Of a stretch of DNA of 45,946 nucleotides, positions 38,494 to 45,946 are shown in pieces (position 1 is the stretch's first letter; every line of letters begins with the position of its first letter). A model generated the notes under the pieces. The model did no database searches, was not told the origin of the DNA, and saw only the letters and a list, made by a program, of their open reading frames with translations. The translations under genes and the position numbers were made by a program. This stretch comes from Eubacteriales bacterium (lineage in GTDB: Bacteria; Bacillota; Clostridia; Oscillospirales; CAG-272). The stretch is from the NCBI GenBank assembly GCA_045658185.1, contig JAZOUQ010000072.1:1-45946 (forward strand), given 5' to 3'.

Positions 38494-39744
38494 ATGTTCA
38501 AAAAGAACAACAGAAGCAAAGACGAAAATCTACCGTCGTTGTCTGCTTCGGGGAACGCATCATCGACTTTTTTTGTTCGGCTCGTATCTCTGAGTGCATT
38601 GATATATATATTAGTATGTGCCATTACCGAAAGAGGTGACTTTTCCAAGGCGTTTTTCATCGAAGGCTATGACTTCTTTATGGACTTTTTCAACTCCGTA
38701 CGAGATGCCGCACAGGGTGTTGCCGTTTATACCGAGCGTCACGTGATTTACCCTCCCTTGGCAAATGTTTTGTATCTGATATTTGCAAAGCTCACTCCCG
38801 CAGCATACAACGATACGGCGTTTCACGAAAGATATACCTGGTATAATCACTCCTCTACGATAGCATTACTGGCAGCGTGGTGTGTAATATGCTCCCTGAT
38901 ACTCATCTTCGTTCTGACCTCGGTTCAGAAAAAAGGTCCTCTGTATCAAAGAATAATCATATCATCGCTTTTCGCATTGAGCCTTCCGATTCTCTATTTG
39001 TTGGAACGCGGAAATATAATAATTCTTGCGTTGTTAGCACTCGTGATTTATGCATTCACATATAACAGCAACAGCAAGATAAAAAGAGAAATAGGTCTTA
39101 TTGCTCTTGCGTTTGCTTTTGCCATAAAGCTGTATCCCGTAGTTTTCGGTTGGTTTCTTATTGCCGACAAGCGTTTTAAGGAAGCTATAAGATGTGCAAT
39201 ATACGGTTTGCTTATGCTTATCCTTCCATCCTTCTTCTTTGGCGGACTGTCCTGCTTTTATCAAATATATCTGAACATTTTCAGCTTTTCCTCAGGCTCG
39301 GGCAGTACGCTGAGCGTTATCCTCAATTATATAGGAGCTCCATCCGTAGTACAAACGATAGTTACTTTGCTCGTATACCTGTGGGTGCTTATATGCGGCG
39401 TTTGCTTTGCCGTATCGCCATTTATCCGCAAGGATGCCCCCTACAAGACGTGGGCGTTGGGACTTGTAACCATTCTCTGCGTTCCCTCGCTGACTTCCAT
39501 ATACAGCTGGGCGTTTATGCTGATACCCTTGATAATGCTGTTCAATATGGAAAGCCTCACAAAAAAGCAGACCGTATCCTCGATTATGCTGACAATCCCT
39601 TTCGTATTCATTCCCTTCAGATTCAACTTCAACGTGTCGTGGAATATGGTTCTTGTATACGTTATGACGGCAGTTTTCTCCGTCTGGTGTGTACTTGATA
39701 TGATAAAGGATACTAAAAATTATTTGAAAGAGCGTAAGGCTTGA
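38494..39744 (+). CDS. GT87/DUF2029-like GT-C membrane glycosyltransferase
   Basis: Polytopic protein with FMDFFN, IYPPLA, LERGN and AIKLYP motifs. Confidence 0.75.
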   Translation: MFKKNNRSKDENLPSLSASGNASSTFFVRLVSLSALIYILVCAITERGDFSKAFFIEGYDFFMDFFNSVRDAAQGVAVYTERHVIYPPLANVLYLIFAKLTPAAYNDTAFHERYTWYNHSSTIALLAAWCVICSLILIFVLTSVQKKGPLYQRIIISSLFALSLPILYLLERGNIIILALLALVIYAFTYNSNSKIKREIGLIALAFAFAIKLYPVVFGWFLIADKRFKEAIRCAIYGLLMLILPSFFFGGLSCFYQIYLNIFSFSSGSGSTLSVILNYIGAPSVVQTIVTLLVYLWVLICGVCFAVSPFIRKDAPYKTWALGLVTILCVPSLTSIYSWAFMLIPLIMLFNMESLTKKQTVSSIMLTIPFVFIPFRFNFNVSWNMVLVYVMTAVFSVWCVLDMIKDTKNYLKERKA

Positions 39745-39822
39745 ATAAAAACAACCGCTATCCATAATGGATGGCGGTTGCTTTTTTAGTTTGCGACTTG
39801 TCGCAATTTAATATTACAATTT

Positions 39823-41217
39823 TCAGATAAGTGCCAAAAGAATGAAATTCAACACGAACAATGCTGTACAAACCCAAAGAAGCGGATTGATCTCCTTTGC
39901 TTTGCCTTTGCATATCTTAACAAGAATATAGAATACGAATCCCGCAGCGATACCGTAAGAAATGCTGTAGCAAAGTGCCATAAAGATTCCTGCGAAAAAT
40001 GCGGGAACTGCTTCTTCAAAGTCGTTCCAGTCGATGTCCTTAAAGGAAGACATCATCATAATACCAACCACGACCAAAGCGGGAGCGGTAGCTGCCGAAG
40101 GAACTGCACTGATAAAGGTTGCAAAGAATGCGGATACGGCAAAGCAGAGTGCTACTACGACAGAAGTAAGACCTGTACGTCCGCCTGCTCCGATACCTGC
40201 CGAGCTTTCAACAAACGTGGTAGTGTTTGAAGTTCCAAAAAGTGCACCGACTGAGGTTGCCGTTGCGTCAGCAAACAGAGCCTTATCCATTTTGGACTTA
40301 AATCCTGCACCCGACTCCATTGCCTTTTCGTCTTCCTCGGAGAATATTCCGCTACGGCGTCCCGTACCGATAAACGTACCTATCGTATCAAACGTATCGG
40401 AAATACTGAAGGAGAAGATGGTTATAAGCACAAGAGGAAGCTTGGACATATCCGTAAACAGGCTTGTAATTCCGCCCTCCTTAAAAATCGCAAGGAAGGT
40501 AGTGGGAAGCTGAGCACAAGCGTCTGTAAAGCTGATAGAGTCACCGAGAGTGGTTACACCGAAAGGAATACCTATAACCGTGGTAGCGACGATCGCAATA
40601 AGGATTGCACCCTTCACCTTCAAAACCAACAATACAACGGTAAGAATAAGACCAATCAAGAACACCCAAAGAACAGGATTGTTCAACTTGGGAAGCTCGG
40701 GAACGATTCCGCTTGTAACTACGCTTCCGTCAGCGGCTACCGAGCCTCCTGTAAAGTTGACAAAATCAATGTTGAGGAATCCAATATAAGCAACGAAGAT
40801 ACCTATTCCGCCTCCAATCGCGTGCTGAAGGCTGAGAGGAATTGATTTTATAATATATTTGCGGATCTTGGTCACGGTAATAACAATATTCAGAATACCG
40901 CAAATAAACACCATGGAAAGTGCTTGTTGCCAAGTGAAACCAAGCGTGAAGCATACCGTGTAAACAAAGAACGCGTTAAGTCCCATACCGGGAGCCTGTG
41001 CATAAGGAACGTTTGCCACCAGACCCATAATGAGCGTTCCGACAACCGCGGAAATGATAGTAGCAAGGAATACTGCTCCCCATTCCATACCGGACTGCGA
41101 AAGAATGCTGGGGTTAACTACGATGATGTATGACATCGCAAAGAACGTAGTCAGACCGGCAATAATTTCTGTGGACACCTTTGTGCCACTTTCTTTTAGG
41201 CGAAAAAATTTTTCCAT
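39823..41217 (-). CDS. NCS2/AzgA family purine permease
   Basis: EIIAGLTTFFAMSYI, APGMGLNAFF, FDTIGT, TTFVESSAGIGAGGRTGLT. Confidence 0.93.
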   Translation of the reverse strand: MEKFFRLKESGTKVSTEIIAGLTTFFAMSYIIVVNPSILSQSGMEWGAVFLATIISAVVGTLIMGLVANVPYAQAPGMGLNAFFVYTVCFTLGFTWQQALSMVFICGILNIVITVTKIRKYIIKSIPLSLQHAIGGGIGIFVAYIGFLNIDFVNFTGGSVAADGSVVTSGIVPELPKLNNPVLWVFLIGLILTVVLLVLKVKGAILIAIVATTVIGIPFGVTTLGDSISFTDACAQLPTTFLAIFKEGGITSLFTDMSKLPLVLITIFSFSISDTFDTIGTFIGTGRRSGIFSEEDEKAMESGAGFKSKMDKALFADATATSVGALFGTSNTTTFVESSAGIGAGGRTGLTSVVVALCFAVSAFFATFISAVPSAATAPALVVVGIMMMSSFKDIDWNDFEEAVPAFFAGIFMALCYSISYGIAAGFVFYILVKICKGKAKEINPLLWVCTALFVLNFILLALI

Positions 41218-41336
41218 AAGAAACGTCTCCTTTTCAAAATATTAACACTATTATTATAACACATAATTTTACATTTTTCAAGTTATACAAATAATATTTA
41301 CAAAACGAATAATTTTGTTTGTGCGAATCACAAATG

Positions 41337-41366
41337 AAAAAACCGAGAACAAAGTTCTCGGTTTTT
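41337..41366 (-). terminator. Terminator after tRNA-Arg
   Basis: AAAAAACCGAGAAC-AAA-GTTCTCGGTTTTTT. Confidence 0.8.
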
Positions 41367-41443
41367 TGGCCTACCCGACAGGATTCGAACCTGCGACCTC
41401 AAGAGTCGGAGTCTTGCGCGCTATCCAGCTGTGCCACGGGTAG
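41367..41443 (-). tRNA. tRNA-Arg(CCG)
   Basis: CTACCCGTGGCACAGCTGGATAGCGCGCAAGACT-CCG-ACTCTTGAGGTCGCAGGTTCGAATCCTGTCGGGTAGGCCA. Confidence 0.97.
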
Positions 41444-41546
41444 ATAATACTGATATTATACACCTTTTGCACTCTTTAGTCAAGTGATAGCGAAAAAATC
41501 TCTCCCGAAGTCACATATACGATAGATCCCAATTTGTATATAAACC

Positions 41547-43058
41547 TTATATTTTGTCCAACATCATTCCCGACATATAATATTCCGAAAAGGTTTGATC
41601 TGCTGAAAGCTCCAGCAACTCTGCCTTCTCGGCAAACTTATCCGCCACACCTCTTATCTCCGTATTGAGCAACATCATAGATGCCCCCGCAAGTGCCGAA
41701 TTGCCCACAGCCTTTGAGTTTTTCGCAAGTCCTATGGGCAAAAGTCCTATTCTTGACGCACTGTGTACGTTCAGATAATTTCCAAATCCTCCCGCGATAT
41801 AAAGAGTGGGAATATCCTTTGCCGTAAGTCCTTGTTTCTCAATAAGTGTCAAAAGTCCCGCACATATAGCACTTTTGGCAAGCTGGAGCATACGAACGTC
41901 CTGCTGTGTCAGAAGCACGGGAGGTTGGATAATAAATTTCTCGTCCTCAAGATACCCGCTTTTGTCAAGTATCTCCAAATCAAGCATGCAAGCAACTGCA
42001 TCCACCAATCCGCTTCCGCATATTCCGACGGGTTTGCCTCCTCCGATAACGTGGGCATTAACACTACCGTTCAATACGGTGACCTTATCTATTGCTCCCG
42101 TGCTTCCACGCATACCCATTTCTATATTAACGCCCTCAAATGCAGGGCCTGCGGCGGTGGAGCAAACGGTAAGCCTTCCATCGTGCCACAATGCCATTTC
42201 TCCGTTCGTACCTATGTCCGCAAGCATTGCCGTTTCCCTCTCACACAATTGTGTGGCAATAACAGCACAGGTGGTATCAGCTCCGACAAACGCAGAGATA
42301 CAACGCGGCAGGTATATGGAAGTGTCCTCATTCAAGCTTGAAAGTTCAAGAGTATTCGCTGTCAGCGACTCACCGAAAAGTCTATTGACCGAAAACGGTG
42401 CGTGAGAAAACGGTCGGACGTCTTCACACGTAAGTAAGGACAGCATAACGGTATTTCCCGTTATTACTGCTCCGTCTATTTCTTTTGTATCAATATCGGC
42501 AATACGGGCAAGGTCAAAAATTATACCGTCCAATGCCTCTCTTATGGCTTTTGCCAACAAATCGGCTTTGCCGCCAAGTGACGCTTCAATTCTTGACACA
42601 ACGTCCGCCCCCCATTCCTGTTGAGGATTGAGTAGCGACGCATGAGCAATCATTCTTCCCTTTACGTCGTAAAGTCTTGCCGCAAGGGTAGTCGTACCTA
42701 TGTCGATTGCAACGCCGTATTTTTCAAAAGCAGGGTTCAACTCAAACTCGGGCAGGTAACCGTCAGTAACGATCTGTGATTTTTCAGTTGTGTCAAGTGT
42801 TTCTATTTCACAGTCCCCAAGGGCATAGGTAAGACAGGCAAGACGTACGCCGCTGCTAAGCTCATCGGCGGAAAGCACATTCAACTCCGCACCCGTAAGC
42901 TTTGAAAGCTCTCCTCTTGCAACGACCTTACACTTACCGCATTTTCCGTGCCCGCCACAAGGCTTTTCACCGTTTGTTATTTCGGACAGCACCATACCCG
43001 CACCGACAAGCATTCGCCTGCCGTTTACAGTTACGTTAATTTGCTTTTTTATCGGCAT
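41547..43058 (-). CDS. ASKHA-domain (DUF4445) reductive activator of corrinoid proteins with N-terminal 2Fe-2S domain
   Basis: CGGHGKCGKC...RLAC ferredoxin; AIDIGTTT, NPQ..WGADVVSRI, SAFVGAD, DIGTNGE, STAAGPAFEG, GICGSG, DVRMLQLAKSAI, AGGFG. Confidence 0.9.
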   Translation of the reverse strand: MPIKKQINVTVNGRRMLVGAGMVLSEITNGEKPCGGHGKCGKCKVVARGELSKLTGAELNVLSADELSSGVRLACLTYALGDCEIETLDTTEKSQIVTDGYLPEFELNPAFEKYGVAIDIGTTTLAARLYDVKGRMIAHASLLNPQQEWGADVVSRIEASLGGKADLLAKAIREALDGIIFDLARIADIDTKEIDGAVITGNTVMLSLLTCEDVRPFSHAPFSVNRLFGESLTANTLELSSLNEDTSIYLPRCISAFVGADTTCAVIATQLCERETAMLADIGTNGEMALWHDGRLTVCSTAAGPAFEGVNIEMGMRGSTGAIDKVTVLNGSVNAHVIGGGKPVGICGSGLVDAVACMLDLEILDKSGYLEDEKFIIQPPVLLTQQDVRMLQLAKSAICAGLLTLIEKQGLTAKDIPTLYIAGGFGNYLNVHSASRIGLLPIGLAKNSKAVGNSALAGASMMLLNTEIRGVADKFAEKAELLELSADQTFSEYYMSGMMLDKI

Positions 43059-43292
43059 AATGAGTCATACCTCCCGACTTAATGGTTTTATTATATCACA
43101 TTTTTCGATATCAAACAATATTTTTCGTAATTTTATCCTACAAAGATGTAGTGTTGGCACCCTGTTTGTTCGATTGTCAATAGACAACACGTTTTTGTGG
43201 CAACCAGAAGTATAAAATTCTTTTTAATAAACATTGACATTACCGTTGAAAAATGATACAATACATTATAAACACAAATAAAGGAGAACTAT

Positions 43293-44354
43293 ATGAAAAA
43301 ATTATTTAGTTTTGCCCTCACAATATGTATATGCCTGAGTATGTTATTTACCCTTGTTTCTTGCGACGATCACGAGCATGAATTTGAAAGTGAATGGTCA
43401 AGCGACAGTGACTATCATTGGTATGCGTGTGTAAACCCTGATTGTGACATTACCAAGGATAAGGCGGCACATGACTTTGAGGTCAAGTATGACGAAAACG
43501 GTACTCCGTACAACAAATGTACTGTTTGCGGAAAAGAAAATACAAATGTCAACACCGCACCGACACACGATCATATTTTCGCTGATGAATTTTCGTCAAG
43601 TGAGAATTTCCACTGGAAAGAATGTAAGACAGAGGGATGCTTTGAGGCAATAGAAAAGAGTGAGCATCAGTATGCTAACCCCCAGGTTGAGTATGCTGAT
43701 TCTTCCGTTACTATGACTTATATATGTGAGGTATGCAATTACAAGAAAGTGGAAACCAAAAAGGTAGACACCCAGTTGGATAACGCTACCGATTGGAATG
43801 AAACATTCGAAAATTTCGAGTTGACTAATTTCTCCATGTATGTATATATAAACGGTGTTGATGACGAAGACACAAGACACTGTATGGTTGACAGTGATAC
43901 TGTGTATTATTGCATTCCCAACAGCCGTGAGTTTTATTCCCAGAAAAATTCCGACGGAACATACACCACATATGTTAAGAATTGGGAAAACGATAAATAT
44001 GAAATACGTGACGATCATACGGAAGAATGGTTCGTTGCGGGAGCAACAGAACCCATTATAAGAGTTTCATTTGCCGATAATTTCGATAAGTTTACGTATG
44101 ATGCGGAAACAGCATCGTATACATGTTCCGAAGCCATCGAGGCTGAATATACTAATTTTTCGGGAACGAGTTGGCAAAAGCTCTACTGTTATAACAGCGT
44201 CATAAAAGTAAACGACGGAAAAATAACATACATTGAATGCGATTATAACTTTAATCTGGATAGTACCGGCACAAAATCATCGTTTATCTATTACAACATA
44301 GGAATAACCGACTTTTCTGTTCCACCTCAGGTTGTTGCAGAGGCTGGAAAATAA
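43293..44354 (+). CDS. Lipoprotein with two His/Cys-rich repeats
   Basis: Lipobox LVSC; two HxH...HWxxC...C...H...CxxC units; TTGACA-17-TACAAT promoter and AAGGAG RBS. Confidence 0.8.
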   Translation: MKKLFSFALTICICLSMLFTLVSCDDHEHEFESEWSSDSDYHWYACVNPDCDITKDKAAHDFEVKYDENGTPYNKCTVCGKENTNVNTAPTHDHIFADEFSSSENFHWKECKTEGCFEAIEKSEHQYANPQVEYADSSVTMTYICEVCNYKKVETKKVDTQLDNATDWNETFENFELTNFSMYVYINGVDDEDTRHCMVDSDTVYYCIPNSREFYSQKNSDGTYTTYVKNWENDKYEIRDDHTEEWFVAGATEPIIRVSFADNFDKFTYDAETASYTCSEAIEAEYTNFSGTSWQKLYCYNSVIKVNDGKITYIECDYNFNLDSTGTKSSFIYYNIGITDFSVPPQVVAEAGK

Positions 44355-44364
44355 TATATCAATA

Positions 44365-44535
44365 ACAAAACAGTAAATCGATACTTTTGTATCAATTTAC
44401 TGTTTTTTGTTGCAAAGGTAGGATTTGAAGCTCACGACCTTAGACAGCCAGTCGCAAGTTATTCGCGAGGTCGTGAAACACAGCTCTCATTTTCGTAACC
44501 AACGCAAAAAGGACACCTTTTGGTGTCCTTTGCGT
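44365..44535. repeat. tRNA-fMet 3'-end fold-back/duplication array
   Basis: Direct degenerate copy 44409-44440 (28/32 identical to 44538-44569), inverted copy 44467-44501, and hairpins at 44365-44410 and 44502-44535. Confidence 0.8.
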
Positions 44536-44581
44536 TGGTTGCGGAGGTGGGATTTGAACCTCACGACCTCCGGGTTATGAG
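44536..44581 (-). pseudogene. 3' half of initiator tRNA-fMet; att site of the integrated element
   Basis: Minus strand CTCATAACCCGGAGGTCGTGAGGTTCAAATCCCACCTCCGCAACCA; similarity stops at the anticodon loop and the 5' half is absent; CCC anticodon stem and A72 indicate the initiator tRNA. Confidence 0.88.
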
Positions 44582-44697
44582 GAGCTATATTGATGTTACT
44601 CCTGTTATCGATGTCCTTAACAGGACAGGCGTTGTAATCGCGAAACCGACCATCTCTCCGTAGAGGGCATCAAAAAACCGTCAAGTTAAAATTAGTT

Positions 44698-45834
44698 TCA
44701 CGCTTTTTTGAGCATGATGTAATCAAGCTTTTCTGCCGCATCCATATCCATCTCGGGAAGCACGTGGGTATATGTGTTTAGCGTTATATTAACATCTGAA
44801 TGACCTAACCTCTGTTGTACTACCCTTGGATTAACACCTGCCTGTATGAGTGCAGTTGCATTACTATGACGTAGATCGTGAAAACGGATAGATGGAAGCC
44901 TGTTGTCTTCAAGAAACCTTCTCCATTTCTGTGACATAGAGTCAGGACGTATCGGAGAGCCATCCTTCTGACGTATTACAAAGTTAAGATTTTGAAAATG
45001 ACCTTGATAGAAAAATAAGTCAGATAGGTACTTTGCTCTCTCTTCTCTGAGAACTGCCATAACCTCACTACCAAGGCGGATATCTCTTACACCAGCCTCT
45101 GTCTTAGGGGATTTAATGATGAAATCTTCCTCACCCCTTACCATATTGCTTCGTACCTGTAAAATGCTGTTCTTGAAGTCTATATTATCCCACCTCAGAG
45201 CCAACAATTCACCACGCCTAAGACCTGCAGTAACGCAGAGAAGAATGGGGAGATACATATCTGTATCCTTGGCTACGTCAAGCAGCTTATGTATCATTTT
45301 TATGTCATATACCTTAGCCTTGTATCTCTTAAGCTTGGGAAGAACAACGCCCTCACAAGGATTAAAGGGTATCATACGGAGTATAACTGCCTTCTTCATA
45401 GCGGCATTGATGTTGTTGTAGGTGTCACGGATGCTCTTGGGGGATAGATTTCTTGCTATCATATCATTAACCATCTTCTGCACGTGTTCTGCACGGAGAG
45501 ATTGAAGATATATATCCCCTATGGCTGGTTTAAGATAATTATTTATCTTAGTCTTGTAGCCTATCCTTGTGGTTTCCTGTATGTTAGGGAGGTATAGCTC
45601 CAACCACTCGTCAATCCATTCGGATATTTTCTTTGGACTCTTACGGACGGCTATACCACGTTCCATATCTACTATCATCTGCCTCATTACAACCTTAGCC
45701 TCTTTCATAGAGCCTACTGTCTTGTACATACGATTCCTTTTGCCTGTAAGCAAGTCACGCTCACCTTCAACAGTAATTTCGTATTTCTTCTCACCGTTAC
45801 CACGGACTCTTTCAACGATATTTCCTGATGCCAT
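44698..45834 (-). CDS. int: Tyrosine recombinase/integrase
   Basis: N-terminal arm-binding region, GLRRGELLALRW, PKT, RFHDLRHS, RLGHS..ITLNTYTHV (R-K-HxxR-H-Y catalytic set). Confidence 0.96.
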   Translation of the reverse strand: MASGNIVERVRGNGEKKYEITVEGERDLLTGKRNRMYKTVGSMKEAKVVMRQMIVDMERGIAVRKSPKKISEWIDEWLELYLPNIQETTRIGYKTKINNYLKPAIGDIYLQSLRAEHVQKMVNDMIARNLSPKSIRDTYNNINAAMKKAVILRMIPFNPCEGVVLPKLKRYKAKVYDIKMIHKLLDVAKDTDMYLPILLCVTAGLRRGELLALRWDNIDFKNSILQVRSNMVRGEEDFIIKSPKTEAGVRDIRLGSEVMAVLREERAKYLSDLFFYQGHFQNLNFVIRQKDGSPIRPDSMSQKWRRFLEDNRLPSIRFHDLRHSNATALIQAGVNPRVVQQRLGHSDVNITLNTYTHVLPEMDMDAAEKLDYIMLKKA

Positions 45835-45839
45835 ATTTA

Positions 45840-45944
45840 TTACTTCCTTTCAATCACTTGATATATAGGCTTTCTTCTCAAAGGTTGCTTTACTTTCTTT
45901 GGAGGGTATAGAAACGCATTAAGCATACTTTCAAGAACTCTGTA
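45840..45944 (-). CDS. Probable excisionase-like HTH protein, C-terminal part only
   Basis: Open frame ...YRVLESMLNAFLYPPKKVKQPLRRKPIYQVIERK ending 6 nt before the int start; YRVxES.L.AFL resembles HTH_17 C-termini. Confidence 0.5.
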   Translation of the reverse strand, partial: YRVLESMLNAFLYPPKKVKQPLRRKPIYQVIERK

Positions 45945-45946
45945 CT

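Larger units (their letters stand above)
44536..45946. mobile_element. Left end of an integrative element (ICE/IME/prophage) inserted in tRNA-fMet
   Basis: tRNA fragment, tyrosine integrase and excisionase-like ORF in succession; continues beyond the window. Confidence 0.85.

Noticed and set aside
41217-41335. Purine riboswitch upstream of the NCS2 permease
   Set aside because: The leader is short and AT-rich, without purine aptamer core motifs; only a weak PurR-like AAAACGAA is present.
41320-41366. Possible inverted tRNA-end copy after tRNA-Arg (CGAATC)
   Set aside because: Only a 6-nt match; this tRNA has a plain terminator and lacks the fold-back array.

Overview
Core-genome stretch of a low-GC Gram-positive anaerobe, probably Clostridia (inferred from the SCIFF locus, CIRCE-groESL, T-box-thrS, a clostridial-type 6S RNA and many TTGACA-17-TATAAT promoters). 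It carries housekeeping genes (groES/groEL, recG, thrS, glyA, aspS, cca, ruvX, hemW, luxS), a ranthipeptide locus (scfA-scfB), an orphan SdpR/SdpI-ABC module and two intact tRNAs (Glu-CTC, Arg-CCG). At the right edge is the end of a tyrosine-integrase element inserted in tRNA-fMet. The unexplained structure is mostly intergenic: (1) a tRNA end/hairpin/inverted copy/direct copy/hairpin fold-back array downstream of two unrelated tRNA 3' ends; (2) a conserved ~45-nt structured motif present twice, inverted, around an AT-rich HTH-TPR gene; (3) seven terminators sharing a GGCTGAGTC/GACTCAGCC core with compensatory changes; (4) a lone holin-like gene behind four 10-bp-phased TG(G/A)CAC repeats. All calls come from reading the sequence by eye; no database searches were run.
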